Below, piece after piece: positions 62,897 through 64,000 of a stretch of DNA of 64,000 nt. The translations under genes were made by a program, and so were the position numbers. The notes beneath the pieces are model-generated. The model was not told the origin of the DNA. It did not search any database and saw nothing but the letters and a program-made list of their open reading frames with translations. Each line of letters begins with the position of its first letter. The stretch's first letter is position 1. Origin of the DNA: Lachnospiraceae bacterium (GTDB lineage: Bacteria > Bacillota > Clostridia > Lachnospirales > Lachnospiraceae). The DNA is taken from NCBI GenBank assembly GCA_051877855.1, contig JBJEJH010000052.1, positions 1,041 through 65,040 on the forward strand, in the 5' to 3' direction.

Positions 62897-63739
62897 TCAT
62901 TGAATACTGTCCCATCCAAAGTAACTCAGGGGATCCACAAATTCTCCGTTGACCATCACCGAGAAATGCAGACAAATTCCGGTCGCGTAACCGGTCTTTC
63001 CCATCACGCCAATCACATCGCCCGTATGAACCTCATCCCCCACATTGACGTTCATTTTCTCCAGATGAGAATACTGTGTAACCATACCGGTATCATCCGT
63101 TATCATAATTGTATATCCATACCCTGTTGAAAGGCCTTCTTCATTATTCTCCTCCGAAACATAATCCGCAAAGGTAACCCTGCCCTCCATAACGCTGCGT
63201 ACAGACTTTTCATCTTCCGATGCCATAGCAGAATCCTTCACCGTCAGATCGATGCCATTATGCATTCTTCCGTAACAGTCACCAAATGGAGATGTAAGAA
63301 TTGGACAACTCACAGGAAATGCCTGATTCTTATGGCTCAATTCAATCGAATCTTCCCCCGTGGATTCCGTAATATTACCCTGCTGATCTGCATTGGTGAT
63401 GTCCGCTTCACCGGATAGCGGCTGTCCATGGGTCGGCTCGCCGGAATGTGCCCTTCCTGAAGACATAACCAGTCCTATACTCACACAAAACAATACAACC
63501 AATGATGCCATGACAACCACAACACCGCCCAGTTTACCCTGCCAGAATTCCTCCGGACGATTTTGAAATCGAGCATGAACACGGTCTTTCCTAGAACTCT
63601 GACTCTCCTGAATCCGGTCATGTAATCCCCGGCTGTCAGCCACCTGACCCATTAACACTTCTTCCAGTACACGTTGCTTAACGGTCTGATTTAACTCCAC
63701 CTCATCGAACGCATTATGAATTCTTTCCCTCATTACCAT
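62897..63739 (-). CDS. anti-sigma-like single-pass membrane protein fused to an M23/LytM domain with a degenerate HxH motif
   Basis: Overlaps the sigma gene stop by 7 nt. It has a cytoplasmic N-terminus, one TM helix (VVVVMASLVVLFCVSIGLV), HNGID (HxxxD) and YSHL, but CLH in place of HLH. Confidence 0.7.
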   Translation of the reverse strand: MVMRERIHNAFDEVELNQTVKQRVLEEVLMGQVADSRGLHDRIQESQSSRKDRVHARFQNRPEEFWQGKLGGVVVVMASLVVLFCVSIGLVMSSGRAHSGEPTHGQPLSGEADITNADQQGNITESTGEDSIELSHKNQAFPVSCPILTSPFGDCYGRMHNGIDLTVKDSAMASEDEKSVRSVMEGRVTFADYVSEENNEEGLSTGYGYTIMITDDTGMVTQYSHLEKMNVNVGDEVHTGDVIGVMGKTGYATGICLHFSVMVNGEFVDPLSYFGWDSIQ

Positions 63740-64000
63740 TCACCTAACCTTTCCTTTAGGATCTCCCGCCCCTTCTTGAGATATCCCCGTACTGTTCCAC
63801 TACCCTTCTTTATGAATCCTCCAATCTCCTCTGAGGAATATCCCTCGTAATAATGCAAATATAGGGATATCCTAATATTTGCCGGAAGTTTCATCAATTC
63901 TTCTAAAAGCTCACGATTCTCCTCCCCCGTGATTTCCTCCGTCAAAGAATCATCGAGCACCACCGTGTGTTTCTTCCACCAGGATTTCAACATATCCTTA
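63733..64000 (-). CDS. sigma-70 family (ECF-like) sigma factor, C-terminal part (partial; continues past the right edge)
   Basis: Region 4 pattern LPANIRISLYLHYYEGYSSEEIGGFIKKGSGTVRGYLKKGREIL. The frame is open to the window end. Confidence 0.75.
   Translation of the reverse strand, partial: KDMLKSWWKKHTVVLDDSLTEEITGEENRELLEELMKLPANIRISLYLHYYEGYSSEEIGGFIKKGSGTVRGYLKKGREILKERLGEW

Overview
This window looks like a chromosomal segment of a low-GC Firmicute, probably Clostridia/Lachnospiraceae-like; that placement rests on gene content and synteny only. About 50 of 54 genes are on the minus strand. Most are housekeeping: aroA, pyk, queA, pheST behind a Phe T-box leader, nth, glyA, aspS, pepD, hemZ-like, relA, apt, recJ, aroK and hflKC. 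There is also a beta-glucoside utilisation set (GH1, ROK, CapA), a chemoreceptor, an HD-GYP protein, two ABC exporters and two ECF-type sigma/anti-sigma pairs. I saw no rRNA, tRNA, CRISPR array, transposase, integrase or phage genes.

The main points of interest are:
1. The AT-rich left end (about 650-6100) carries a BlaI/BlaR1-type repressor/sensor pair whose sensor domain is not a penicillin-binding domain. A duplicated operator-like sequence links it to an operon of exported proteins: an M23 peptidase, a lipoprotein with an internal duplication, a small secreted protein, and a C39-like lipoprotein with an amber codon at codon 2.
2. A dispersed, structured intergenic repeat of about 60-110 bp occurs at least five times. 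Two copies form roughly 112-bp inverted repeats that bracket a sugar-phosphate isomerase/epimerase gene inserted into the conserved recJ-apt junction.
3. The pheST leader carries about 300 nt of extra repeats and palindromes between the T-box terminator and the start codon.
4. A promoter-to-terminator unit of about 140 nt lies upstream of hflKC and is a candidate sRNA or leader.
5. An anti-sigma-like membrane protein is fused to an M23 domain with a degenerate HxH motif.

All functional calls come from reading motifs by eye. No database search was run.
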